From positions 1-64,000 of the IMG/VR virus record IMGVR_UViG_3300030329_004520: a DNA stretch of 64,000 nucleotides; one strand, given 5' to 3'. Source of the DNA: a virus. Positions 26,031-37,100 of this stretch are shown in pieces. The translations under genes were made by a program, and so were the position numbers. The notes below the pieces were generated by a model. It searched no databases and was not told the origin of the DNA. It saw only the letters and a program-made list of their open reading frames with translations. Every line of letters starts with the position of its first letter. The first letter of the stretch is position 1.

Positions 26031-28231
26031 TGGCAAACAATACTATACAAAATGGATACTCTCAACAAATTACAAATTATCTTTCAAGAGATTTCAATAA
26101 ATTAAAACATTCTTTAGTAGAATATACTAAAACTTATTTTCCTAATGTATACCAAGATTTCAATGAAACATCACCAGGTATGATGTTATTAGAATTAAAT
26201 GCGTATGTTGGAGATGTTCTTAACTATTATGTTGATGATTCTTTTAAAGAAATGATGTTACCATTAACAGAAGACCGAAGGAATCTGTTAAATCTTTCTA
26301 AAGCTACTGGTTACAAACCTAGACCAGTTGTTCCTAGTTTTGTTGATTTAACTTTTGAATTGATAGTCGATGCCGATACATCAGATTTAAATAATGTATC
26401 AGCTAATGCTAGTCAATTTTTAACTTTAGATGCTGGAGTTAGAGTTCAATCGACATCTAATCCTGATATATTTTTTGAAACTCTACAACCGATAGATTTT
26501 AAAACTAGTTCTTCTATCGATGATGATTTTAAAATAGATTCTATCGATGCTGATAGTGGTATAGTAGCTAAGTTTAAAGGGAAACGAAAAGTTATGGCCG
26601 TTTCAGGAGAATCTAAAACTACAACTATTCAAGTAGGTACAGCCGAACAATTTAAAAAAATAGTTTTACCTGAAACAAATGTTATAGAAATATTAAATGT
26701 AACAGATGATAATAATAATGTTTGGTACGAAGTAGACTATCTAGCACAAGAAAAAGTTCCTATTTCTACTTATTATGCTCAAGACCCTAATAGAGTCAGT
26801 GCCTATACAGACCCAAATGATTCTAACTTACCTGTACCATATAGTCTTTCGTTTATCAGAACTACTAAAAGATTTACAACAGAAATGCAAGAGGATAATA
26901 GAATGGCTTTAGTGTTCGGTAATGGTATAAAAAGACAGGGACAAACTTTTGAAACTACTTTCTTAGATATAGAACAAGAAGGTATCAGTTTACCTAAAAC
27001 TAATTTTTCTCCAGAACCTTTGAATACAAGAGTTGGTCAATTCTATGCATCGTTAGGAGAAGCTCCCGCTAATACTTCTTTAACAATAAAATATAGAGTT
27101 GGTGGAGGTAGTGTTTCGAATGTAGCATCTAATGATTTAGTTACTATTCAAAGTGCGACAACAATTCCAGCGAGTTTATCAATAAGTAACTTATCAGTTA
27201 AAAATGAGACACCATCACAAGGTGGACGAAATTCAGATTCTGTAAGTGAAATACGACATAGTGCGATAGCTAACTTCGCGACACAAGGTAGATGTGTAAC
27301 TAAAGAAGACTATGAAGCGAGGGTTATGTCAATGTTACCTAGATATGGAAGTATCGCGAAAGTATATTGTACAACGGGAGGTGAATTGTGGTCTCAGGAT
27401 AATAATGATTTAGTGACTAGACTGAAAGACTTGATGAGTGTAATGATGACACGAATGTTAGATGCGGGTCAAGGAGCATATGCATCTCAAGAAGATGTTA
27501 AATCGGTAGATTTATCTGATTTATTTACTGATTTAGTAGGAATTGATAATCAGTATTTTACGGCAAATGATAAAGATGAATGGTTAGCGAGATATGAAAC
27601 TTTAAGACAATTTACTAGTAATAATAATAATTTACCTACCGTAGATATCTATATTCTTTCGTATGACTTTAATGGTAATCTATGTTTACCGACGGCATTA
27701 ATTAAACAAAATATAAAAAATTATCTAGCACAATTCAGAATATTGTCAGATAAGATTAGATTAATAGATGGTTACATAATAAACTTTGGTGTATTGTTTG
27801 ATGTGTTAGCGTATCCTAATTATGACAAAAATATTATTAAAGCTAAGTGTATTGAAAAAATTAAAAAACATTATGATATTAAAACAATGCAATTTAAAGA
27901 AATATTATACACTACAGAAATACAAAGTTTATTAACACAAGTAGAAGGTGTTAAAGCAGTAAATGATGTAATTTTCACACAGGATAGAGATTTTTCATTA
28001 CCTGAATCTTCTCCACAAGCATTTGATAATTTACTATATAGTAAAACTATAAACATCGATGGTGAGACAATTAATATTAATGACAGAGGATATGGTAATC
28101 TTTATGATTTTGAACAATTTTTCAATATAGAAAATGCACCTCAAGGTAGAGGAGTAGTATTACCATCAGTAGACCCAAGTGTTTTTGAAATAAAAAATAT
28201 GGATACTGATATAAAGGGGGTAGTTAGATAA
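26030..28231 (+). CDS. baseplate wedge protein, gp6/J-like
   Basis: YLSRDF, AYVGDVLNYY.D, GYKP, FGNG, YRVGGG..SN, RCVTKEDY. Confidence 0.88.
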   Translation: MANNTIQNGYSQQITNYLSRDFNKLKHSLVEYTKTYFPNVYQDFNETSPGMMLLELNAYVGDVLNYYVDDSFKEMMLPLTEDRRNLLNLSKATGYKPRPVVPSFVDLTFELIVDADTSDLNNVSANASQFLTLDAGVRVQSTSNPDIFFETLQPIDFKTSSSIDDDFKIDSIDADSGIVAKFKGKRKVMAVSGESKTTTIQVGTAEQFKKIVLPETNVIEILNVTDDNNNVWYEVDYLAQEKVPISTYYAQDPNRVSAYTDPNDSNLPVPYSLSFIRTTKRFTTEMQEDNRMALVFGNGIKRQGQTFETTFLDIEQEGISLPKTNFSPEPLNTRVGQFYASLGEAPANTSLTIKYRVGGGSVSNVASNDLVTIQSATTIPASLSISNLSVKNETPSQGGRNSDSVSEIRHSAIANFATQGRCVTKEDYEARVMSMLPRYGSIAKVYCTTGGELWSQDNNDLVTRLKDLMSVMMTRMLDAGQGAYASQEDVKSVDLSDLFTDLVGIDNQYFTANDKDEWLARYETLRQFTSNNNNLPTVDIYILSYDFNGNLCLPTALIKQNIKNYLAQFRILSDKIRLIDGYIINFGVLFDVLAYPNYDKNIIKAKCIEKIKKHYDIKTMQFKEILYTTEIQSLLTQVEGVKAVNDVIFTQDRDFSLPESSPQAFDNLLYSKTINIDGETININDRGYGNLYDFEQFFNIENAPQGRGVVLPSVDPSVFEIKNMDTDIKGVVR

Positions 28232-29355
28232 TGCATTATTTCATTTTTCCTACAGCAGATACATGGATATCAAGTGGTTCTAGTCACATAGATGGTACTG
28301 ATTTCAAAGACCAAAATTTTGGTAAAGACCAAGTATTAGAGATAAAAAAAGAATTTTGGAATAAAGCTTTTGATTATCCTACAAGAACATTAATTACATT
28401 TGCGGGTGAGGGTTTTACAGAAATGTCTCAATCAATAGTAGATGGTGATATACCAACTGATGCTAAATTCTATCTTAGAATGTTTGAAGCACAAGGTAAT
28501 ACAGATATGTCTTTAGAATATACTTTAGGTATACAACCAATCTCACAATCTTGGATAGAAGGGACAGGTAAATATCTTGACGACCCTAAAACAACAAATG
28601 GTGTGAGTTGGGATAATAGGAGTTATCCAGATGGTGGTTCAGAAACTGAGTGGGTAACAAAAGGTGGTGCCATTTATTATAAACCATCTAGTGTATTAGT
28701 ACTTAGTGGTTCAACACAAGCTTTTTCAAATGAATCACCTGATGTAAATGTTGAAGTAACTGATATGGTGAATATGTGGTTAAAAGGACAAGAAAATAAT
28801 AATGGTATGTTAATTAGATTCAATGCCGGTTCAGAGACAGATGATTCAACTTTCGGTAAACTTAAATTTTTCGGTAAAGATACTCATACAATATATGCAC
28901 CTCGTTTAGAAGTAAGATGGGATGGTCACAAACCAGTTACTGGTTCGAACACAGGTTCCTTAACACAATTAGATGTTTCAGGACAAGTAGATAATCATAT
29001 TTATACTATAGCTTGGAATGATAAGTATAGAGAAACAGATAAACCTAAATTTAGAATTGGAGCTAGAAAACAATTTATACAAAAAAGTTTTTCAACATCA
29101 TATAATACAATATCTGGTTCTTTTATACCAGAGGGTAGTGGTTCATATGCGATTGTAGATGTAGCAACAGGAGAAAAGGTTATTGACTTTTCAGACAATT
29201 CAAAATTATCTTGTGATTCAAAGAGTAATTATTTTATTGAATATATGAATGGACTATTTCCAGATAGGACTTATAAAGTATTAATAAAAGTTAAATACAA
29301 TGATGGACAAGAAAGAATATATGATAATGATTTTGAATTTAAATTAGTGAGATAA
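28231..29355 (+). CDS. virion structural protein (DNRLRE-like beta-sandwich)
   Basis: ADTWI..NFG, SW.EG.G, V.VTDMV..W...NNG, P.LEV.W. Confidence 0.6.
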   Translation: MHYFIFPTADTWISSGSSHIDGTDFKDQNFGKDQVLEIKKEFWNKAFDYPTRTLITFAGEGFTEMSQSIVDGDIPTDAKFYLRMFEAQGNTDMSLEYTLGIQPISQSWIEGTGKYLDDPKTTNGVSWDNRSYPDGGSETEWVTKGGAIYYKPSSVLVLSGSTQAFSNESPDVNVEVTDMVNMWLKGQENNNGMLIRFNAGSETDDSTFGKLKFFGKDTHTIYAPRLEVRWDGHKPVTGSNTGSLTQLDVSGQVDNHIYTIAWNDKYRETDKPKFRIGARKQFIQKSFSTSYNTISGSFIPEGSGSYAIVDVATGEKVIDFSDNSKLSCDSKSNYFIEYMNGLFPDRTYKVLIKVKYNDGQERIYDNDFEFKLVR

Positions 29356-29358
29356 TAA

Positions 29359-32300
29359 ATGGCTAATCAATATAAAAATCTAGCTACTTTTAATGCATAC
29401 AAAGATAGAATATCAGAATATATTTCAGAAGAGTTAGTAAAGACTCAGAACTATCTTAATATAATGCAAAAAGTTGTAAGTGGTATAGGTTACACACCAG
29501 AACCACCTGAAACTAGACAACCAGTTTGGTTTGAAGATTATGATGCTAATAATGATGGTCGTATTGATGATACTGATGTTTTACTTTGGAATACAAATAA
29601 TATCAGACCAGATATAGCTGAAGAAATACAACAGATGTTAGATGGTACGATACCCTTTCCTCCACATCATCCGTCACACGATTATATGCACATGCAACGA
29701 GCGGGTGGTATATTTCAAAAAACTTTAAAAGATGGTAAAGTTTTTGTAGGTAGAAAAGTTGATGAAATAATGGTTGCATATGATGATGAGTTTTCTAGTC
29801 AACCTGAAGATGTATATATTATAGACTATATCGCATATAGATTGGGGGGTAATGAACCTAAGGATGCTATAAGTATAGGTATATTAGACCCTAATGATGA
29901 TGGTAATCCTGAGTGGCACTGGTTACCGACACCTATTCCTTATCTTATTATAAATAATGATGAAAAACTAGTATTAGCTCCTGATAGATTACAATTATTA
30001 TTTGAAGGTACGGATTGGCAAGATACAGAATTAGGTCAACATAATAATCTAAATAATAGTTCAGACCCACTAGCCGCATTTGAAGCTGAACTTCAAATCC
30101 ATGGTTTTAAAGCTTTTACTAAAGATGATTATAAATTATGGGATAATACAAGTCAATATTTACCTGTAGGTCTTAAAAGAAGACCCACGAGTAGAAAAAT
30201 CTTAGAAGATTTAGTTGATACAGAAATTGTTGAACTATTACCTGGTGATTTAAATGAACAGATAGATAGATTGTTCGCGTTATGGAATAACATAAAAGAT
30301 AAAATGCCTGTAGGTTGGAAAGAAACATCAAATATTAATCTTATATCAAATGGAGATTTCGGTGGAGGTATAGGTCCAGGTGATTATATAGGTCAAAGTG
30401 ACGATACAATAATTGGTACGGTAGTGAAAGAGAATCCAGGATTTTCACCGTATGTATTGAGGACTTCAAATAATAGTACAGACTTATATTATAATATAGA
30501 AATTCCTTTAGCCGATTGGCAAGCGGGTAATGATTTAGTTTTATCTGGTTGGGTAGCTAAGGGTCCAGGTTATCCTCAGCAATATACACCTCATTTTTTT
30601 GGAAGACGGTGGGAATGGATGTATAGTAATGAAGAAGTAGTCACTACCGTACAAGAACAGGGTAATAATTTATATGGTACAATAGTAGATGATTGGACAG
30701 AAAATGCTGAAGAACAAGAATGGCGAAGATGGAAAAAAGGAATAAGTATTCCAACAGCACCAGCATCATCAGACCCCAACGCAACTATAATTAGTTGTAA
30801 ATTAATTTGGAAATTAGGTAAAGTAACAGATGATTTATTAAATGATGAAAGTACTAGTTTTAGATATTTTACTGGACTCAGAGTAGAATATGGTGATAAT
30901 TTAAATGATAGTAATTATATACAACTAACTAATCCATCACAAAAAACTATTTTAAAATTAGCGAGAGACATACAAGATTTAGTAAGTCCTGGAAATGTTC
31001 CTATTTTTTCTACAAATAATGTAGAAAATCTTGTAGATGCTCAAAAGATTAGTGGTATTTTAGAAGAATTATTTTTAGAAATAAAAGAAACTTTATCAAA
31101 TCTTTTAGAAGAATTTACATCACAATCTGCTGGAACAATAAATCAATTATCATCTACATTCGGTAAAGCTATAGAACAAGCTACTGATGAAGACCAAACT
31201 TTAAGTTCGTTAGACCAAAATTTTAGTGTAACTTTACAAAATTTTTTAAATAGTATAGTTACATATAATAATTGGAATTGGGAAAATAATCCAGATGTAG
31301 GTATACCCACAGAACAAGAAATGTTAGATAATAATATCACAATCGAATCAGGTTTTGTCCATCAAATAACAGAATTAAAAGCCAAAATAGATAATATTGA
31401 AAATTGGATAACTGCTTTAAATGCTGTTGAACAACAACCATATATAGATGTTAATCCAGAAGATACTTACGATGATGCATCATATAATGCGGGATATACA
31501 GCTGGTGAGACAGCTGGTTACGATGCCGCTTACGCAGAATACGCTGGTATAGAGGTAGCACAAAGTCAATATGATATGAACTTAGAATTGTTTGATTTAA
31601 ATAATGATGGTATAATAAATTTTGAAGAAATACAAATGTTACAAGATACAAGTATAGACCATATTTGGTTAACAAGTACAGACCTTCAAAATCCGTATCG
31701 TACTGACCAGCAATTTTATATATCATTTTATAATCCGTGGGAGACAGATGAAGATGACGGTGGGATATTTAATACTGAAGACTATATTGTACAATATCAA
31801 TATAATAGACAGATTTTAATAGATATTATTCAAAGAATAATATCAGGAGATGCTAACAAACATCCATATTCATTTGAAAATAATAATGAAGTTGTAGATA
31901 CAAAAGATGTATTTGCTTTGTTATCATTGAGACCTTGGATGATGGCGGACGGATATGAAGGTGGAATGCGATGTCATTATGAATATGGTACTTTTAAGAA
32001 TTATGGTTTAGTACCTGTTGTATTAGATATGATGAAAGTAATGACAAGAAGAGCTATAGAAAAAGGTTGGAGTCAACAACATCAACTTATTAGTCCATAT
32101 ACATCTAAGACGGTAGGTACTAGAATGACTGATGATATAACAATGATGTTACAAAATTTTGATAATGTGGCGATTAGAAATTGGCATAATTATGCTCCAT
32201 TTGAAGATGGTTCAAATAGTTGGCTTTGGGGTGGAGTAGTAGAAGATTCTTCTGACCACTCAAGTCAAGATGGTTCAGATGGTCAAGGTCCTGAATCAAT

Positions 32301-33474
32301 GATGTTCTCTGATGATGACATTATGCATACTTGGGCAAAACACGCTAGAATTACTGGAACTAATGGACAACCCACAGAATGGAATTTATACGCGGAACTA
32401 GACCCAGTAAACACTTTTATGGAAAATTTATATGGATGGCCTGGTCTAGAAGCAGCGTTAGACACTACTCCACCATACGATGCTATCAATTGGACTTGGC
32501 CTTATCATCCGAATGTAGAATATGATGGTGATGGTGGTCATCACGGTGAAATATGGGAAAGAAGATGGCATCCTTATACTTTCGCTCAGCCATTTACGGT
32601 TGAAGGTTCAGACCCACTTGATGATGCTCATCACGAATACGATGATATTAGGACTGGTTGGGTACCACCTAATACATCTGGATTTATAACGAATTATCCT
32701 AGTTATGATGATAATTACGGACATATATACATATGCTTTAAAGATATACTATCTGCTATGTATTTATATCATCCTAATGTTTATTATCGTACTGATATTT
32801 TAGCAAGAGGAGGACCAGGTTCTTCTGAAAATGTCTGTGGACATATGGAATGGCATGATGGTAGAGGACTACCACAACTAGTTATTGAAGAGATGATACT
32901 TCAATATACAAAAGACCATTTATTGTGGACACAATATCCAACTTGGGATGCTAAATTTCCTTTCCCTGATGATGATGATGATGATACTGGTCATGGAGAT
33001 GGTGAACGACATTGGGAGAAAAGTAATGCTGAAAATCAATGGGGTCCTGGTTGTTTTAGAGCTGGAACAAAAATTAATACACCTGATGGATATAAAGTAA
33101 TAGAAGAAATTAAAGTAGGTGATATAGTTAAGTCTTATGATATTTATAAAAAAGAAGTTGTAAATAGAAAAGTAATTAAGACATTTGTACATTTAGATGA
33201 TACTGATGGATTAATACTAAACAATAAAATAAATACAACACAAGAACATAGATTTTACACATCAGAAAATAAATGGGTACACGCTAAAGATTTAAATATA
33301 GGTGATAAGATATTAAATATAGATGGTTCATATAAATCAATTGAATCTATTGAATTAGATTCAGAAGCGTATACGGTATATAATTTTAGAGTTATAGGAA
33401 CAGAAAATTATTTTGTTGAAGATATTTTAGCACATAACAGAAAAAATGAAAATGGTAACATTGGTCAATACTAG
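29359..33474 (+). CDS. large virion protein with EF-hand/dockerin-like loops, CBM-like domain and C-terminal Hint domain
   Basis: DANNDGRIDDTD, DLNNDGIINFEE, NLISNGDF; Hint CFRAGTKI...TQEHRFY...VYNFRV..NYFV..ILAHN. Confidence 0.7.
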   Translation: MANQYKNLATFNAYKDRISEYISEELVKTQNYLNIMQKVVSGIGYTPEPPETRQPVWFEDYDANNDGRIDDTDVLLWNTNNIRPDIAEEIQQMLDGTIPFPPHHPSHDYMHMQRAGGIFQKTLKDGKVFVGRKVDEIMVAYDDEFSSQPEDVYIIDYIAYRLGGNEPKDAISIGILDPNDDGNPEWHWLPTPIPYLIINNDEKLVLAPDRLQLLFEGTDWQDTELGQHNNLNNSSDPLAAFEAELQIHGFKAFTKDDYKLWDNTSQYLPVGLKRRPTSRKILEDLVDTEIVELLPGDLNEQIDRLFALWNNIKDKMPVGWKETSNINLISNGDFGGGIGPGDYIGQSDDTIIGTVVKENPGFSPYVLRTSNNSTDLYYNIEIPLADWQAGNDLVLSGWVAKGPGYPQQYTPHFFGRRWEWMYSNEEVVTTVQEQGNNLYGTIVDDWTENAEEQEWRRWKKGISIPTAPASSDPNATIISCKLIWKLGKVTDDLLNDESTSFRYFTGLRVEYGDNLNDSNYIQLTNPSQKTILKLARDIQDLVSPGNVPIFSTNNVENLVDAQKISGILEELFLEIKETLSNLLEEFTSQSAGTINQLSSTFGKAIEQATDEDQTLSSLDQNFSVTLQNFLNSIVTYNNWNWENNPDVGIPTEQEMLDNNITIESGFVHQITELKAKIDNIENWITALNAVEQQPYIDVNPEDTYDDASYNAGYTAGETAGYDAAYAEYAGIEVAQSQYDMNLELFDLNNDGIINFEEIQMLQDTSIDHIWLTSTDLQNPYRTDQQFYISFYNPWETDEDDGGIFNTEDYIVQYQYNRQILIDIIQRIISGDANKHPYSFENNNEVVDTKDVFALLSLRPWMMADGYEGGMRCHYEYGTFKNYGLVPVVLDMMKVMTRRAIEKGWSQQHQLISPYTSKTVGTRMTDDITMMLQNFDNVAIRNWHNYAPFEDGSNSWLWGGVVEDSSDHSSQDGSDGQGPESMMFSDDDIMHTWAKHARITGTNGQPTEWNLYAELDPVNTFMENLYGWPGLEAALDTTPPYDAINWTWPYHPNVEYDGDGGHHGEIWERRWHPYTFAQPFTVEGSDPLDDAHHEYDDIRTGWVPPNTSGFITNYPSYDDNYGHIYICFKDILSAMYLYHPNVYYRTDILARGGPGSSENVCGHMEWHDGRGLPQLVIEEMILQYTKDHLLWTQYPTWDAKFPFPDDDDDDTGHGDGERHWEKSNAENQWGPGCFRAGTKINTPDGYKVIEEIKVGDIVKSYDIYKKEVVNRKVIKTFVHLDDTDGLILNNKINTTQEHRFYTSENKWVHAKDLNIGDKILNIDGSYKSIESIELDSEAYTVYNFRVIGTENYFVEDILAHNRKNENGNIGQY

Positions 33475-33489
33475 AGGAGAAAAAATATA

Positions 33490-34104
33490 ATGTCAAACTT
33501 AATAAATATATATGATGATGACCAAAGTGAATTGATTATTGATAACACAGATTTTGACCCAACAAATACTAGAATTTTCCATAACTTAGGTGAAAAACCC
33601 GTAACACTAAATAATCCAGCTGGTGTATGGTCAGAATTTAATACTAAAGCTAATAAATATCAAAATGCATCATTTGTAGAATTACACATATATGATGAGG
33701 GTGACAATTTTATATTAACTTTAAATAGTGGAAAACCTTTATTACAACAACCTAGTACAGGTAAATTTTATTTCGGTGATTATCATATATATAATGATAC
33801 ATATATGACAGGCATTAAACATACAGCATATCCCCACGAAGAATTAGCATTAGTAAGAGATACACAAATAATACCATATCCATTTGACCAACTTACTCCC
33901 GGTGATGAAAAAACAGGTCAGAGGTATGCTATTAAAATATCCGAAATTTTTGAGATTTTAAAAGTTAATTATAGTCTAAAAAAAGATACAAAGTTCAAAT
34001 TTAAATATGCAATATTCGGAGATTTATTTTTACAAGCAGCTACTCATTTTACAATAGCAGCTAGTGATAATATGGATATTGTAGACCAAGATGAGCCATT
34101 ATAA
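33490..34104 (+). CDS. putative structural protein
   Basis: position in baseplate operon; FVELHIYD. Confidence 0.55.
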   Translation: MSNLINIYDDDQSELIIDNTDFDPTNTRIFHNLGEKPVTLNNPAGVWSEFNTKANKYQNASFVELHIYDEGDNFILTLNSGKPLLQQPSTGKFYFGDYHIYNDTYMTGIKHTAYPHEELALVRDTQIIPYPFDQLTPGDEKTGQRYAIKISEIFEILKVNYSLKKDTKFKFKYAIFGDLFLQAATHFTIAASDNMDIVDQDEPL

Positions 34105-37100
34105 TGAGTAGTTTTTTTCCACAATTAACTCCTTCGGGTATTCGTTTCTTCGTTAAGAAGATAGCTAATTCAAAAAAAGAAGTACAAGTCAGTATTATTG
34201 ATAATTCAATAACTTCATATGAAACTGGAATGTTTAGCTGGTTTAATTTAACAACAGGTACTGAACATACTAATAAGACACATCTTTATAATATATTTAC
34301 TTCTTTAGCTACCACATCTAATTGGGCTATTAACCAAAATGAATATGAACTTGTAATTTCAGTTGGAGAAGGTAAGTATATACCTATTTTAAATTCTTTA
34401 TTTGTTCTAGACCCAGCTGCAGATAATAGTGATGTGAATGGTTATCATATGGTATACAAAACAAATGAAGCTATACCAGCCACGATTAAGAAAAATCAAA
34501 CTATAGATATATTAATATTAAAATCTGAATATTTAAATCAAGAAGTATTTTATGCGGGTAAACGACCACCCATTATTAAAAAATTCGGTAATCCGTTAAT
34601 AACAGATTATTCTCAAACAATTCCATATCAAAAAGAAAAATTAGTTGAAGATTTTGAAAATTTTAATGAACTTACTGGTTCAGTAGGAAAGGAAAAATTA
34701 ATACATACACTTTCTAGTTCTCTTCAAGAAAGATTAGTTGATTATTCAGATTTCAAAAATTTTGTACATTTTGGTTCAGCTGAACAAAGAATTAAAAATT
34801 ATAAAACAAAAGTAGCTGATATTGAAAATCTTCAAATTAATATTTCTAAGTCTTTATATACAACCGGTCAAAGTGACCCTGATACATCTGATTTTAATCC
34901 GTCAAATCAAGAATCTGTAACATCAATTCGTAGTCAATATTTTAATGAACTGCGTACTATACTTAATGGTTTTACAGATTATGAAAAGTTTTTATATTAT
35001 GATAATCAAATAAACTTTACTGGTTCATCACCTGGTATAGGTATGAACTATATTGAATCTGAACCGTTAGTTACATCAGATGCTATAGAGAAGAAAGCTG
35101 ATTTCGAAGGTTTTCCTTACGCATATTTTATTTCTGCTTCTACTGATAAAGAAGTAGCATTCACAGCTGGTAAATATATGGCTGAGGGGAACCATTTTAA
35201 TAACCAAACAGGTTCTTTCTATTTATCATTTTTAATGAAAGCATCTGGTTCATTTGACGAGAGATTTAAACATATTAATACTCAAACAAGTTCTCTTGTT
35301 AATTATCCAGAAAATAGTTTAAATGTTAATAATATTTTAAAACCATCATCAACGGGTAGTGAATATCGTAGATATGTATTTGCAGCATCAGCATCATATT
35401 GGTTACCGAATACTGGTTATCAAATCAGTCACCCTGGAGGTAATCCAATAACTGATTGGAGTAGTGATAGTAATCAAGTAAAAATAATTAAAGAAGGAAC
35501 TTCAGTTACTGGTTCTTTAGTTCAAGGATTTGGTGATTATGCTAATTTACTTACAACACCCGTAAATGCAGGTGAAAGTATTACTGGAAGTTTTGTACCG
35601 AAAGGAGATTTATTTAATATATCAATAAAAGATACAAGTATAGGTAAAGCTACTTCTGCTGTTGTAACTGATATTAAAGTAACTAAAACAAATCCACTTG
35701 ATTTTCTACCATTCGCTATTCAGTATTCAGTTTCATCTTCAACTTTCAATAATTGGTATGATGGTATATTATCTTCAGCTTCTTTTTTCGATACTCATAA
35801 TATACATAGATTATATAATAATATTCCTCCTACTTTCCAAACAATGGATACAGAGACAAGTAATAGAGATATGTTACAATATGTTGATATGATGGGAGAA
35901 TTTTTTGATGAATATAAGGTATTAATTGATGATTATTATAGAGTATTTGATTTAGGATTTTCAGATTATGAAATGGTACCACCGAAATTTAATGCATTAC
36001 TAGCTAATTCTTTAGGTTATGATTTCCTTTCAGAACAAAGTGGTAGTATTTTAGAAAAATTTGGTCTATTTGATTCATTCAGTTCTGAACAAAAAGAATA
36101 CAATAATAAACTTTTTAATAATATATTAAATAATATTCATTACATTTATAAATCAAAAGGTACTGATAACAGCATCAGAGCTCTTTTGAATTGTTATGGT
36201 TTACCATCTAATGTTTTAAAAATAAAAGAAACAGGTCAAAATCTTAAATCATATGAGCAAACATTTTTATCTAATGATACACATTTAACAGCTGTAAATA
36301 AATTATCTGAGATGACTGGTAGTGTTAGTTTCGAACAATATACTGAAGCATTTTTTACTTTAATAATGCATCCGATGATGAACTTGACAACAGAATGGAA
36401 CTCTTCTAATGTTATATCTCAGTCAGCGGTTGAGGGTGTATTTAAAATGGAAACTACTCCGAATACTATGAGTTTATTTTCTAGTAAAGTTACAACTGGT
36501 GGAAATGACTTGTGGAGAGTTATTGTAATACCATCAGGTTCAAGTCAACCTAAAAAGGCAAAAGTTAAATTTCAATTAAATAAGTCAAATAAAGGAGTAT
36601 CTCCTATCACAACACACGGAGACACTTATTCTATAGAAACACCTTATTTAGATATTCTTGATAGTAAATTAACTAATATTTTAATACAAAAAAGTGCATC
36701 ATTGGCTAATGCATATCCTAAGACGGGTACTTATGATTATGAACTAATAGTAGGTAAGTTGGATGGAGAACGACTTAAATTTGTAACAGGAAGTAAAATA
36801 CAAGTTGCCGGTGGAACATTGGCTGGAGGAAGAGCTAATCAAAATTGGCTTAGTGGTAGTATCAATCAATTTTATATTTGTCCAGATTATACTGGTTCAG
36901 TAGCGGAAGTAAGAAGTTGGAAAGAACCTCTTTCAGTCGGAGCATTTAAACAGCATGTTTATAATCCAAAAAACATTGTAGGTAATCATTTCTCAAGTTC
37001 ATTAGATGATTTAGAGTGGCATTATTATATGGGTGAAAATTATAAATCAGGTTCAGATAAGTTTGAGGTAATTGATGTATCACCAAATACTCCGGACTAT

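Noticed and set aside
33052-33438. Canonical mobile intein
   Set aside because: The +1 residue is Arg, there is no endonuclease, and the C-extein is only 11 aa
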